This document shows positions 16,581 to 24,652 of a stretch of 24,696 nucleotides of DNA, one piece after another. Numbering within the stretch: position 1 is the stretch's first letter; every line of letters starts with the position of its first letter. The stretch is taken from contig JBBIJY010000033.1 in the NCBI GenBank assembly GCA_037445735.1, forward strand, positions 1-24,696. Direction: 5' to 3'. Under the pieces are notes generated by a model. It worked only from the letters and a program-made list of their open reading frames with translations, did no database searches and had not been told where the DNA came from. Made by a program: the position numbers and the translations under genes. Source of the DNA: Armatimonadota bacterium (GTDB lineage: Bacteria > Armatimonadota > Fimbriimonadia > Fimbriimonadales > GBS-DC).

Positions 16581-16836
16581 CGCCTGAATACAAATACGCC
16601 ACCTGAAGGGTACCCCGCGTCGCTCGCACCCGACGACCCAAACCATCGTACTCATACACCCAGCCCACAGCCTCACCCGACTTCTGCAAACTCACAAGGT
16701 TCCCCTCCGCATCATAACCCAGCAACCAGGTCTCCCCGTTCGCCCGACGAACCACCCCATTCCCATCTAAATCATACTCCCAGCGCTGACCGTTCCACGA
16801 CACCAGCTGGTTCGCCTCGTTATACACCAGCGCATC
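16579..16836 (-). pseudogene. RHS/YD-repeat protein fragment
   Basis: YNEANQLVS, YDLDGN, YDAEGNLVS, YEYDGLGRRV, YLYSGD. No N-terminus, no RHS core end motif and no toxin tip. Strong C-rich strand bias unlike the neighbours. Confidence 0.8.
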
Positions 16837-16984
16837 GGTACAGGTTCGGCAGGCAGGGGCAGATTCCTGCTAATTTTCACTGGCTGGTGCGGCAGAGAGC
16901 AGGCAGGGGGTGCCGAATAGCCTCTTAGCGGCAGCAAAAGGGGGCTGTTGGGAAGCTGTTGGGGGTAAGCTATAGACAGCGGGA

Positions 16985-17524
16985 ATGCGGGTAATGAATG
17001 CGGGGCAGGGTTTCCTGCTGGCGATGGTGATCATGCTGGGGGGCTGTCAGCCTGTGGCGCCGCCTGCCCCCAACCGCGCTGACCAGCAACCGTCCGAAGC
17101 CGAACTGCCCAGCGCACGCTATCAGGTTGCCCAGCCAACGCTGGAGCAGCAGGATGAACAGGGCAGACCCATCTGGAAGCTGACCGCCAAAGCCCTGCAG
17201 GGTCAATCGGGTGGCAAGCAGGCAGAAGGGATGCTGATAGATGTGCGGGGCTGGCTCTATCGGCATGGTAAGCCTGTGCTCCAGTTCACCGCCCGCTACG
17301 CCCGTGCCCACTCGGAACGCAAAGAGGTTGAAGCCTGGGGCAGCGTGCAGGCAATCTCCCGCGTCAGCGCCGCACGCCTGCAAGCCGACCGCATCCTCTG
17401 GAAAGCCCGCGAAGATCAGATCATCGCCAGCGGCAGGGTTGTTGTTCAGTGGGGCGAACTCGTCATGCGTGATAACCGCCTTACACTCGACACCGCGCTG
17501 CAAAAGGCGTGGGGAGGTGAATGA
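16985..17524 (+). CDS. lptC: LptC-like LPS export protein (possible lipoprotein)
   Basis: Hydrophobic N-terminus ending MLGGC; G..IWKLTAK and RLQADRILW..DQIIASGRV beta-jellyroll pattern; adjacent to an LptA-like gene. Confidence 0.65.
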   Translation: MRVMNAGQGFLLAMVIMLGGCQPVAPPAPNRADQQPSEAELPSARYQVAQPTLEQQDEQGRPIWKLTAKALQGQSGGKQAEGMLIDVRGWLYRHGKPVLQFTARYARAHSERKEVEAWGSVQAISRVSAARLQADRILWKAREDQIIASGRVVVQWGELVMRDNRLTLDTALQKAWGGE

Positions 17525-18099
17525 TGGCAGGCAAATGGCTGGTTGCCGGCGGGCTGATCCTGGTGCTGCTGCAGGCGCAGGCGCCCCAGCAGAACCCACG
17601 CGCTGTACAGTTCGGCAGGGTGCGCATCAGCAACTACGAGCGCTACACGGGGGAGCGCAACCTCAAGGCGCGCACCTTCCGACTGCAGCTGTTTCGCAGC
17701 CCGCAGCGCCCCGTGCGCATCGAGGCGCCCGACCAGTATCTGGTCATCGAAGCGAACCAGCTGCAGGCGCAACTGGGCTACAGCGAGCGCAACGAGCCCG
17801 AGCTTCAGCAGGCGGTCGCCGAGCAGGGCGTGGTGGTGCGCTACGCGCGTCCGCAGCCGTTCAGCCGATTGAACGCCCGCGCCCGCAAAGCCACCTACAA
17901 CGCGAAACAGTCCACGCTCACGCTGGAAGGCGATGTCTATCTGGAAGCCGAAGACGATGCCTATTACACCGTCGCCCGCAACCACGATCGGCTGATTGTC
18001 TATCTCGGTGAGGAGACCCAGCGCGTGGAAGCCTTTGCCAGCCAGCGTGACGGCGAGCCGCAAGGAGAACTCATCATCACGCCGAAACAGAAACAATAG
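17521..18099 (+). CDS. LptA/OstA-like beta-jellyroll periplasmic protein
   Basis: Signal peptide; AVAEQGVVVRY and ARARKATYNAKQSTLTLEGDV are typical of OstA-like repeats. Overlaps the lptC stop. Confidence 0.6.
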   Translation: MMAGKWLVAGGLILVLLQAQAPQQNPRAVQFGRVRISNYERYTGERNLKARTFRLQLFRSPQRPVRIEAPDQYLVIEANQLQAQLGYSERNEPELQQAVAEQGVVVRYARPQPFSRLNARARKATYNAKQSTLTLEGDVYLEAEDDAYYTVARNHDRLIVYLGEETQRVEAFASQRDGEPQGELIITPKQKQ

Positions 18100-18105
18100 G
18101 TGCGT

Positions 18106-18399
18106 ATGACACGCAGAGAGTTCACACAACTGTTGCTAACGCTGCCCGTAGCGCCGCTGATAGCGCAGGAGGGTTCGGACAGGGGTTCGCCCCCTGAGCC
18201 GGAGGCGGCATGGCGCGTGGTGGTCGAAGCGGTGCGGGGCGAGCCGATGGAGGCGGCGATCCGTCAACGGGTGGCGACTGCGCTCAAAGCGCAGAACGAG
18301 CTGCTTGCTCGTCTGCGCCAGTTCCGCCTGCCTGAAGGTTCGGAGCCAGCGTTCGTGTTCCAGCCCGTGCCCGCTCGCCGCAAGGGAGGCGCCCGATGA
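18106..18399 (+). CDS. Small protein with twin-arginine signal; putative amidase accessory subunit
   Basis: MTRREFTQLLLTLPVAPLIA (TRREF Tat motif); C-terminal LRQFRLPEGSEPAFVFQP; ATGA overlap with the amidase. Confidence 0.7.
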   Translation: MTRREFTQLLLTLPVAPLIAQEGSDRGSPPEPEAAWRVVVEAVRGEPMEAAIRQRVATALKAQNELLARLRQFRLPEGSEPAFVFQPVPARRKGGAR

Positions 18400-19787
18400 G
18401 CGAGGAACTGCTCTTCCTGACGGCAGCGGAGCAGGCGCAGCTGATGCGGGCGGGCAAACTCAGCTCGGTGGAGCTGACCCGCGCCTATCTGGACGCGCTC
18501 AAGACGCGCGGGATGGCACTGAACGCCGTCGCCACACTGACCGAATCGCTGGCGTTGCAACAGGCGGAGCAAGCCGACCGCGAGCGTCAGGCGGGACGCA
18601 TCCGCAGCCCACTGCACGGCATCCCCTACGGCGCCAAAGACCTGTTCGCCACACGCGGTATCCCTACCACCTGGGGTTCGCCCGCGCACCAGAACCAGCA
18701 GTTCGATGAGGATGCAACGGTCATCACGCGCCTGCGTGAGGCGGGCGCGGTGCTGGTGGCGAAGCTGGCGATGATCGAGCTGGCGGGTGGCGGCGGCTAT
18801 GAGTACGCGCACGCCTCCGCGACGGGCGCATGCCGCAACCCGTGGAACCCGTCGCGCTGGGCAGGCGGCTCCAGCAGCGGATCGGGCGCGGCAGTCGCTG
18901 CCGGCACCGTGAGCTTCGCGCTCGGCACCGAGACCTGGGGCTCCATCACGGTGCCCGCTGCGTTCTGTGGCATCAGCGGGCTGCGCCCCACCTATGGACG
19001 GGTGAGCCGACACGGTGCGATGGCGCTCTCATGGACGATGGACAAAATCGGTCCGATGGCACGCAGTGCGGAAGATTGCGCCCTCGTGCTGCAGGTGATT
19101 GCCGGCGCCGACCCCAACGACCCCTCCACGCTGGGTCAGCCGCCGTTCCGCTATCGGTTCAGCCAGTGGCGTCGACAGCGCTTCACGCTGGGGCTGCTAC
19201 CCACCGATTTCAGCCATGCGTCCGACGCCCAGAAAGCGTTCGAGGAAGCCCTGCGCGTGTTCCGGCAGCGCGGCGATACCCTGCGCGAGGTGAAGCTGCC
19301 CGATTACCCCTTCAACGCCGCGGCGGAGGTGATTATCACCGCCGAAGGCGCCGCCGCCTTCGAGAACCTGATTCGGAGCCAGCGCCTGTATGAGCTGCGC
19401 GACGCCTCGCAAATCGCAGGGCTGCTATCGGGGCTTGCGCTGCCCGCCGTCGACTACCTGCGTGCGATGCGCGTTCGACAGCGGGCTATTCGCGCGGTCG
19501 CTGCGCTGTTTGAGGAGGTGGACGCGCTGATTGCGCCCACCCTGCTGCAGGGCGCGCTCCCCATCGATAAGAGCTTCAACGAGACCTGGGTTCACATGGG
19601 CGGGAATGGCGGCTTCGCGAATCTGGCAGGCTTGCCCTCTATCTCCGTCCCAATGGGCTTCACGGCGGACGGGCTGCCGCTGGGGCTGGAGATTATCGGC
19701 GGCGCGTACGAGGAGGCGAAAATCCTCGCGCTGGCGCAAATCTTCCAGTCGGAAACCGATTGGCATCGGCGGCGTCCGCCACTCTAA
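18396..19787 (+). CDS. Amidase-signature family enzyme (GatA-like fold, substrate unknown)
   Basis: PLHGIPYGAKDL (Lys), GGSSSGS, ETWGSI (nucleophile Ser), GLRPTYGRVSRHG, DKIGPM, NLAGLP. Confidence 0.92.
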   Translation: MSEELLFLTAAEQAQLMRAGKLSSVELTRAYLDALKTRGMALNAVATLTESLALQQAEQADRERQAGRIRSPLHGIPYGAKDLFATRGIPTTWGSPAHQNQQFDEDATVITRLREAGAVLVAKLAMIELAGGGGYEYAHASATGACRNPWNPSRWAGGSSSGSGAAVAAGTVSFALGTETWGSITVPAAFCGISGLRPTYGRVSRHGAMALSWTMDKIGPMARSAEDCALVLQVIAGADPNDPSTLGQPPFRYRFSQWRRQRFTLGLLPTDFSHASDAQKAFEEALRVFRQRGDTLREVKLPDYPFNAAAEVIITAEGAAAFENLIRSQRLYELRDASQIAGLLSGLALPAVDYLRAMRVRQRAIRAVAALFEEVDALIAPTLLQGALPIDKSFNETWVHMGGNGGFANLAGLPSISVPMGFTADGLPLGLEIIGGAYEEAKILALAQIFQSETDWHRRRPPL

Positions 19788-20272
19788 CGCAGTTCGATCC
19801 ACTGCACGGTGCGGGCGGGCAGCTCCAGAATGGCGCAGGTCGGCTCGCCCGTGAGCCAGCCACACACCTCGCCAGGGTTCAGCACCAGGCAGTCGCCGAC
19901 GCGCCGCTCCTCGCGCCGATGCGTGTGCCCGTAGAGAACCACCTCATACAGCCCGCTCTGCGCGAACGCCTCCACTGGCTCTGGCTCATGCACCATCGCC
20001 AGTCGGCAGCCGTCCAGCTCCAGAAACAGGGGCTGAACCTGCACATGCCCGATCTCGGCGATGCGCCGCGCCAGCCCCAGCCGCTCGCCGTCATTGTTGC
20101 CGAAAATGCCCTGCAGGCGACACTGCAGCCGCGCCAGCTCGTTCACCACAAAAGGTGCCACATAGTCGCCCGCATGCAGCACCAGCTCCACCTGATGATC
20201 GTTCAGCGCGTCCACCGCCCGCCGCAGGTAGCCCAGATGGTCATGGCTATCGGAAATGACGCCGATTCGCAT
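19784..20272 (-). CDS. Metallophosphoesterase, YfcE/MJ0936 family
   Basis: ISDSHD, LHAGD, GNND, YGHTH, LNPGE motifs. Confidence 0.92.
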   Translation of the reverse strand: MRIGVISDSHDHLGYLRRAVDALNDHQVELVLHAGDYVAPFVVNELARLQCRLQGIFGNNDGERLGLARRIAEIGHVQVQPLFLELDGCRLAMVHEPEPVEAFAQSGLYEVVLYGHTHRREERRVGDCLVLNPGEVCGWLTGEPTCAILELPARTVQWIELR

Positions 20273-20281
20273 GGCTCGATT

Positions 20282-21202
20282 CTACCGCACGCGCCGACCC
20301 CACCGCGCGAGCCGTCCCAGCCAGCGAAGCAACGCATCTTTGTAGTTCTTGAGCAGGAACAGCGACGCCCGCAAAGTCAGCCCCACCGGGATCAGCGGGC
20401 GCAAAGAGAGCGGCGTCTGACGAAGGTAGTGCTTTTTATAAAACTTATACATGCTCCGATGGAAAGTGATAATCATCTGGTTCGCCACCAGGTCGGTGCT
20501 GCGCCCAATCGCATGGATAATCACGGCTTCTGGATCGTACAGCACCTTCCAGCCAGCCTGCCACGCGCGATAGCACAAATCGACATCCTCCACATAGATG
20601 AAAAACTGCTCATCGAAGCCACCGAGCTGTTCGAACAGGGCGCGTCGCACCAGCATCGCTGCACCCGACACCCAGTCCACCTCGCGCACAGAGTTGTGAT
20701 CCCAGTCCAGCATGAGATATTCGCGCGTGTAGCGGTTGTTGGGGAAGAGGCGTCCGAGCGGCGTGTTGCGAAAGATTGCCGCGGTGGGGTTCGGGAACCG
20801 CCGACACGAATATTGCAGGCTGCCGTCGGGGTTGAGCAGTTTGGGTCCGATAATGCCCGCTTCGGGATGCTCCTCCGCGAAGCGCACCAGTTTGACGAGC
20901 GCGTGGCGCATCACGAAAGTGTCGGGGTTCAGAATCAGCAGGTAGCGCCCCTGCGCGTGGCGGGCGAGCGTGTTGTGTCCCTTCGCAAAGCCCAGATTGC
21001 GCTCGCTGACCAGCAGGCGCACCTGCGGGAACTCCTTCTCCAGCATCTGCACGCTCCCATCGCGCGAATCGTTGTCCAGCACCAGCACCTCAAAGGGGAA
21101 GGTGGGCGGCGATTCGTAGATGGAACGCAGTGCCTGACGCAGATGCTCCCGCGCGTTCCAGTTCACTATCTGTATCGTCAGCACAATCTCAGGCGTCGCC
21201 AT
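20282..21202 (-). CDS. Glycosyltransferase family 2 (WbbL-like)
   Basis: IVNWN, VLDNDSRDGS, NLGFAKGHN, LNPD, VDWVSGAAML, FDEQFFIYVEDVDLC. Start moved to ATG 21202. Confidence 0.9.
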   Translation of the reverse strand: MATPEIVLTIQIVNWNAREHLRQALRSIYESPPTFPFEVLVLDNDSRDGSVQMLEKEFPQVRLLVSERNLGFAKGHNTLARHAQGRYLLILNPDTFVMRHALVKLVRFAEEHPEAGIIGPKLLNPDGSLQYSCRRFPNPTAAIFRNTPLGRLFPNNRYTREYLMLDWDHNSVREVDWVSGAAMLVRRALFEQLGGFDEQFFIYVEDVDLCYRAWQAGWKVLYDPEAVIIHAIGRSTDLVANQMIITFHRSMYKFYKKHYLRQTPLSLRPLIPVGLTLRASLFLLKNYKDALLRWLGRLARWGRRVR

Positions 21203-21275
21203 CCAGTAAAAGGGTACCTGAATAGGGGGCAACCAAGGAGGGTACGGGTGACCCGAATTCTCGAACACCTTCAAG

Positions 21276-22394
21276 CTATGTTAGATGGGACGCCAGGATG
21301 TCGCGGATGCGTTCGGCGGCGTGCCCGTCGCCGTAGGGATTGATGGCGTGCGCCATCTGCGCGTAGGCGTCGGGATTGGTCAGCAGCTGCATTGCCTCGT
21401 CGCGGATACGCGCTCGATCCGTGCCCACCAGCTTCGCCGTGCCTGCTTCCACGCCTTCGGGTCGTTCGGTGGTCGTGCGCAGGACCAGAATCGGCTTGCC
21501 GAACGCGGGCGCCTCCTCCTGCACGCCGCCCGAATCGGTCAGAATGAGCGTGGCGCGGCGCATCGCCTGCACGAACGGTGCGTAATCGAGCGGCTCGGTC
21601 AGCAGCGCGCGCGGATGCGCGCCCAGCACATGCTGGATGACCTCGCGCACGCGCGGGTTGCGATGCATCGGCAACAGCACCAGCAGGTCAGGCATGGTGT
21701 CCAGCAGGTCGCGTAATGCCAGCGCAATCTGTTGAATCGGCTCGCCCCAGTTCTCGCGCCGATGCGTGGTGACCAGCAGCAGGCGCCCCTCGTGCGCGAA
21801 GGCACGCTGCAGGGCTGGCTCTACAGGCTCGAATGGCTGCTGCGCCACCCACAGCACCGCATCGATGCCCGTGTTGCCCGTTACCCAGATGCGCCCGGCG
21901 GGGATTGCCTCACGCAGCAGGTTCTGGCGTGCCCGCTCCGTCGGCGCAAAATGGAAGTCCGCCATCGGCGCGGTCAGCCGACGGTTGATCTCCTCCGGGA
22001 ACGGGTGATACTTATCGTAGGTACGCAGCCCCGCCTCCACATGCCCGAACGCGATTTTGTGATAGAAGGCGGCGAGCGCAGCGACGAAAGTGGTGGTCGT
22101 GTCGCCCTGCGCCAGCACCACATCGGGGCGATACCGCTGCAGCAGCCGATCCAGCCCTTCCAGCACGCGCGTGGTGATCTGCGCCAGGCTCTGATGGGGC
22201 GTCATCACCTGCAAATCGTCATCGGGCACGATCTGGAACAGGCGCAACACCTGATCGAGCATCTCGCGATGCTGTCCCGTGGCAACCACGCGAACCTGAA
22301 AGCGCGGATCAGAGCGCAAAGTCAGCACCACCGGCGCCATCTTGATGGCATCGGGACGGGTGCCGACCACCGCCATCACCTGAACGCGATTCAT
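21276..22394 (-). CDS. wecB: UDP-N-acetylglucosamine 2-epimerase (non-hydrolysing)
   Basis: GTRPDAIKMAP, TGQHREML, QGDTTT, HVEAGLRT, PFPEEINR, HRREN, TDSGGVQEEA, TERPEG, NPYGDG. Start moved to ATG 22394. Confidence 0.96.
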   Translation of the reverse strand: MNRVQVMAVVGTRPDAIKMAPVVLTLRSDPRFQVRVVATGQHREMLDQVLRLFQIVPDDDLQVMTPHQSLAQITTRVLEGLDRLLQRYRPDVVLAQGDTTTTFVAALAAFYHKIAFGHVEAGLRTYDKYHPFPEEINRRLTAPMADFHFAPTERARQNLLREAIPAGRIWVTGNTGIDAVLWVAQQPFEPVEPALQRAFAHEGRLLLVTTHRRENWGEPIQQIALALRDLLDTMPDLLVLLPMHRNPRVREVIQHVLGAHPRALLTEPLDYAPFVQAMRRATLILTDSGGVQEEAPAFGKPILVLRTTTERPEGVEAGTAKLVGTDRARIRDEAMQLLTNPDAYAQMAHAINPYGDGHAAERIRDILASHLT

Positions 22395-22402
22395 GCGTGC
22401 AT

Positions 22403-22426
22403 GAGTGTACCCCTTCGGGTATACTC
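22403..22426. promoter_or_regulatory. Near-palindromic bidirectional promoter (wecB / pyrH)
   Basis: GAGTGTACCC-CTTC-GGGTATACTC: 9/10 inverted repeat whose arms read GGGTACACT (-) and GGGTATACT (+). Confidence 0.6.
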
Positions 22427-22446
22427 TCTGGTGGCAAGGAGGGAGC

Positions 22447-23184
22447 ATGGAGCATCGGAAAGCGAGCGCCACGCGCTGGCAGCGCGTGCTGGTCAAACTG
22501 AGCGGTGAAGCCTTTGCAGGGGAGAAGGGTGTGGGGTTGAACCCCGACGCCATCGACTATCTGGCGCGCGAGCTGATCAGTGCGCACGACCTGGGCATCC
22601 AGCTGGCGGTGGTGGTGGGCGGCGGCAACATCGTGCGGGGTAGCACCTTCGCCCAGACAGGGATGGAACACGCGACCGCCGACTATATGGGCATGCTCGC
22701 TACCGTCATCAACGCGCTGGCGCTGCAGGCGGCGATTGAGCGCTACGGGGTCGACACGCGCGTGCAGTCAGCTATCACAATGCAGGCGGTCGCCGAGCCG
22801 TTCATTCGCCGCCGCGCCATTCGCCACCTGGAGAAGGGGCGGATCGTGATTCTGGCGGCGGGCACGGGCAACCCCTTCTTCACCACCGACACCGCCGCCT
22901 CGCTCCGTGCCGTGGAACTCAACGCGGATGCCCTGCTCAAAGCCACCAATGTGGATGGCATCTACGACCGCGACCCGCGCCAGCATGCCGATGCCATCAA
23001 GTTCGAAAGCCTCTCCTTCGAAGAGGCGCTCCAGCGCCAGCTGCGCATCATGGATCTGACCGCCTTCACCCTCTGTATGGAGCGCCAGATGGAGGTGGTC
23101 GTGTTCAATATCTGGGAGCCGGGCAACCTGCGCCGCGTGGTGCAGGGCGAACCGATTGGCACGCTCGTATCCAGCAAGCCATAG
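22447..23184 (+). CDS. pyrH: UMP kinase
   Basis: VLVKLSGE, VVGGGNI, DYMGMLATVINALAL, GTGNPFFTTDTAA, VDGIYD.DP. Start at ATG 22447 after SD AAGGAGG. Confidence 0.97.
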   Translation: MEHRKASATRWQRVLVKLSGEAFAGEKGVGLNPDAIDYLARELISAHDLGIQLAVVVGGGNIVRGSTFAQTGMEHATADYMGMLATVINALALQAAIERYGVDTRVQSAITMQAVAEPFIRRRAIRHLEKGRIVILAAGTGNPFFTTDTAASLRAVELNADALLKATNVDGIYDRDPRQHADAIKFESLSFEEALQRQLRIMDLTAFTLCMERQMEVVVFNIWEPGNLRRVVQGEPIGTLVSSKP

Positions 23185-23199
23185 CGAGGAGGGACAACT

Positions 23200-23790
23200 A
23201 TGTCCAGACGACACGAGGAAGAAACGACACCCAACATCGAGGCGATGTTCAAAGATGCGGAGCATCGCATGAAGCAGGCGGTGGAGCATCTGCGCCAGGA
23301 CCTGGCAGGCTATCGCACGGGGCGGGCGAACCCCGCGCTGGTGGAACGGCTGCTGGTGGACTACTACGGCACGCCCACCCAGCTGCAACAGCTGGCGAGC
23401 ATCACCGTGCCCGAACCGCGCCAGCTGCTGATCCAGCCGTGGGACCCCTCCACGGTGCCCGCCATCGAAAAAGCCATCCAGAAATCCGACCTGGGTGTGA
23501 ACCCGATTAGCGATGGGCGCACCCTGCGCATCAACCTGCCACCGCTCACCGAAGAGCGGCGCCGCGAACTCATCAAGCAGGTGCATAAGCGCGTGGAGGA
23601 GGGGCGCGTCGCCATCCGCAACATCCGCCGCGACCTGCTGGAACACCTCCGACGCCTGCAAAAAGAGAAACAGATTTCAGAGGACGAACTCAAGCGCCAC
23701 GAGCAGCAGGTGGAGAAATTGACCCATCGATATATCGAGGAAGCCGACCGCCTGCAGTCCGCCAAAGAGGCGGAGCTGATGGAGGTGTAG
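23200..23790 (+). CDS. frr: Ribosome recycling factor
   Basis: RTGRANP, VDYYG, IEKAIQKSDLGVNP, PPLTEERR, AIRNIRRD; follows pyrH. Confidence 0.97.
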   Translation: MSRRHEEETTPNIEAMFKDAEHRMKQAVEHLRQDLAGYRTGRANPALVERLLVDYYGTPTQLQQLASITVPEPRQLLIQPWDPSTVPAIEKAIQKSDLGVNPISDGRTLRINLPPLTEERRRELIKQVHKRVEEGRVAIRNIRRDLLEHLRRLQKEKQISEDELKRHEQQVEKLTHRYIEEADRLQSAKEAELMEV

Positions 23791-23806
23791 GCGGGCACGG
23801 CTGGAG

Positions 23807-24592
23807 GTGGCTGAACTGAGCGAGCACGCAACGAACTGGCGCGAGCGAGCGCAGGAGCGCGGCATCGATCTGGGGCGATTGCCGCGCCATATCGCGATGA
23901 TTATGGACGGCAACGGGCGGTGGGCGCAGGCGCGCGGGCTGCCTCGCCTCGTTGGACACGCCAACGGGCACCGTACCGTGCGCCGCATGGTCTACGGCTG
24001 CGCCGAGCTGGGCATCGAAATCCTGTCGCTCTACACCTTCAGCACCGAGAACTGGCGTCGCCCCACCGATGAGGTGGATGGCTTGATGATGATGCTGGCG
24101 CGTTCCGCCCGTGAGGAGCTGCCGGTGATGGCTCGCAACGGCGTGCGCATCCTTTTCAGCGGGCGCCTGCACGAACTGCACCCCGATCTGCAGGCAGTGA
24201 TCCAGCGCGCCCAGCAGCTCACCGCGCACAATCGGCGCATCACGCTCCATCTGGCAATCAACTACGGCGGGCGCGCCGAGCTGGTCGATGCCATGCGCGC
24301 GATCGCTCGCAAAGTCCAGCGGGGCGAACTGGAACCCGACGCTATCGACGAAAGCACCATCCAGGCTCATCTCTATCAGCCCGACCTGCCCGATCCCGAC
24401 CTGCTCATCCGCACGGCGGGCGAGCAGCGCGTGAGCAACTTCCTGCTCTGGCAGACCGCCTACACCGAACTGTATATCACGCCTGTGTTGTGGCCCGATT
24501 TCGACATGGAGCATCTGCTGGATGCGATTGCCGATTATCAGTCGCGCCAGCGCAAGTTCGGCTCCATACTGACTGCCACCCCCTCACTGTGA
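23807..24592 (+). CDS. uppS: Undecaprenyl diphosphate synthase (cis-isoprenyl transferase)
   Basis: HIAMIMDGNGRWA, FSTENWRRP, NYGGRAEL, DLLIRTAGEQRVSNFLLWQ, WPDF. Exact start uncertain. Confidence 0.96.
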   Translation: MAELSEHATNWRERAQERGIDLGRLPRHIAMIMDGNGRWAQARGLPRLVGHANGHRTVRRMVYGCAELGIEILSLYTFSTENWRRPTDEVDGLMMMLARSAREELPVMARNGVRILFSGRLHELHPDLQAVIQRAQQLTAHNRRITLHLAINYGGRAELVDAMRAIARKVQRGELEPDAIDESTIQAHLYQPDLPDPDLLIRTAGEQRVSNFLLWQTAYTELYITPVLWPDFDMEHLLDAIADYQSRQRKFGSILTATPSL

Positions 24593-24605
24593 ACCCGATC
24601 CAGGA

Positions 24606-24652
24606 GTACCCCCTCCCCCACAGCGTGGGAGAGGGGGTACAGGGGGTGAGGG
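24606..24652. repeat. REP-like palindromic element, copy 3 (best preserved), between convergent genes
   Basis: GTACCCCCTC-C-CCCAC-AGC-GTGGG-A-GAGGGGGTAC hairpin (10 bp + 5 bp), followed by AGGGGGTGAGGG. Confidence 0.75.

Noticed and set aside
16468-16827. Intact 119-aa RHS gene
   Set aside because: Similarity stops at YLYSGD, the rest is read-through into unrelated sequence, and it is far too short for an RHS protein.
18396-19787. Calling the amidase gatA
   Set aside because: No gatB nearby, ETWGS instead of DTGGS, and a Tat-signal partner; a different amidase subfamily is more likely.
19760-21343. 527-aa + strand ORF
   Set aside because: Antisense shadow of the phosphoesterase and GT2 genes; no motifs; long shadow ORFs are expected at high GC.
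22350-22365. WecB GTRPD instead of the usual GTRPE
   Set aside because: Conservative substitution with all other motifs intact; no basis for a changed function.
1834-24652. REP copies as a CRISPR array or IS ends
   Set aside because: They are dispersed and degenerate, with no regular spacers, cas genes or transposase.
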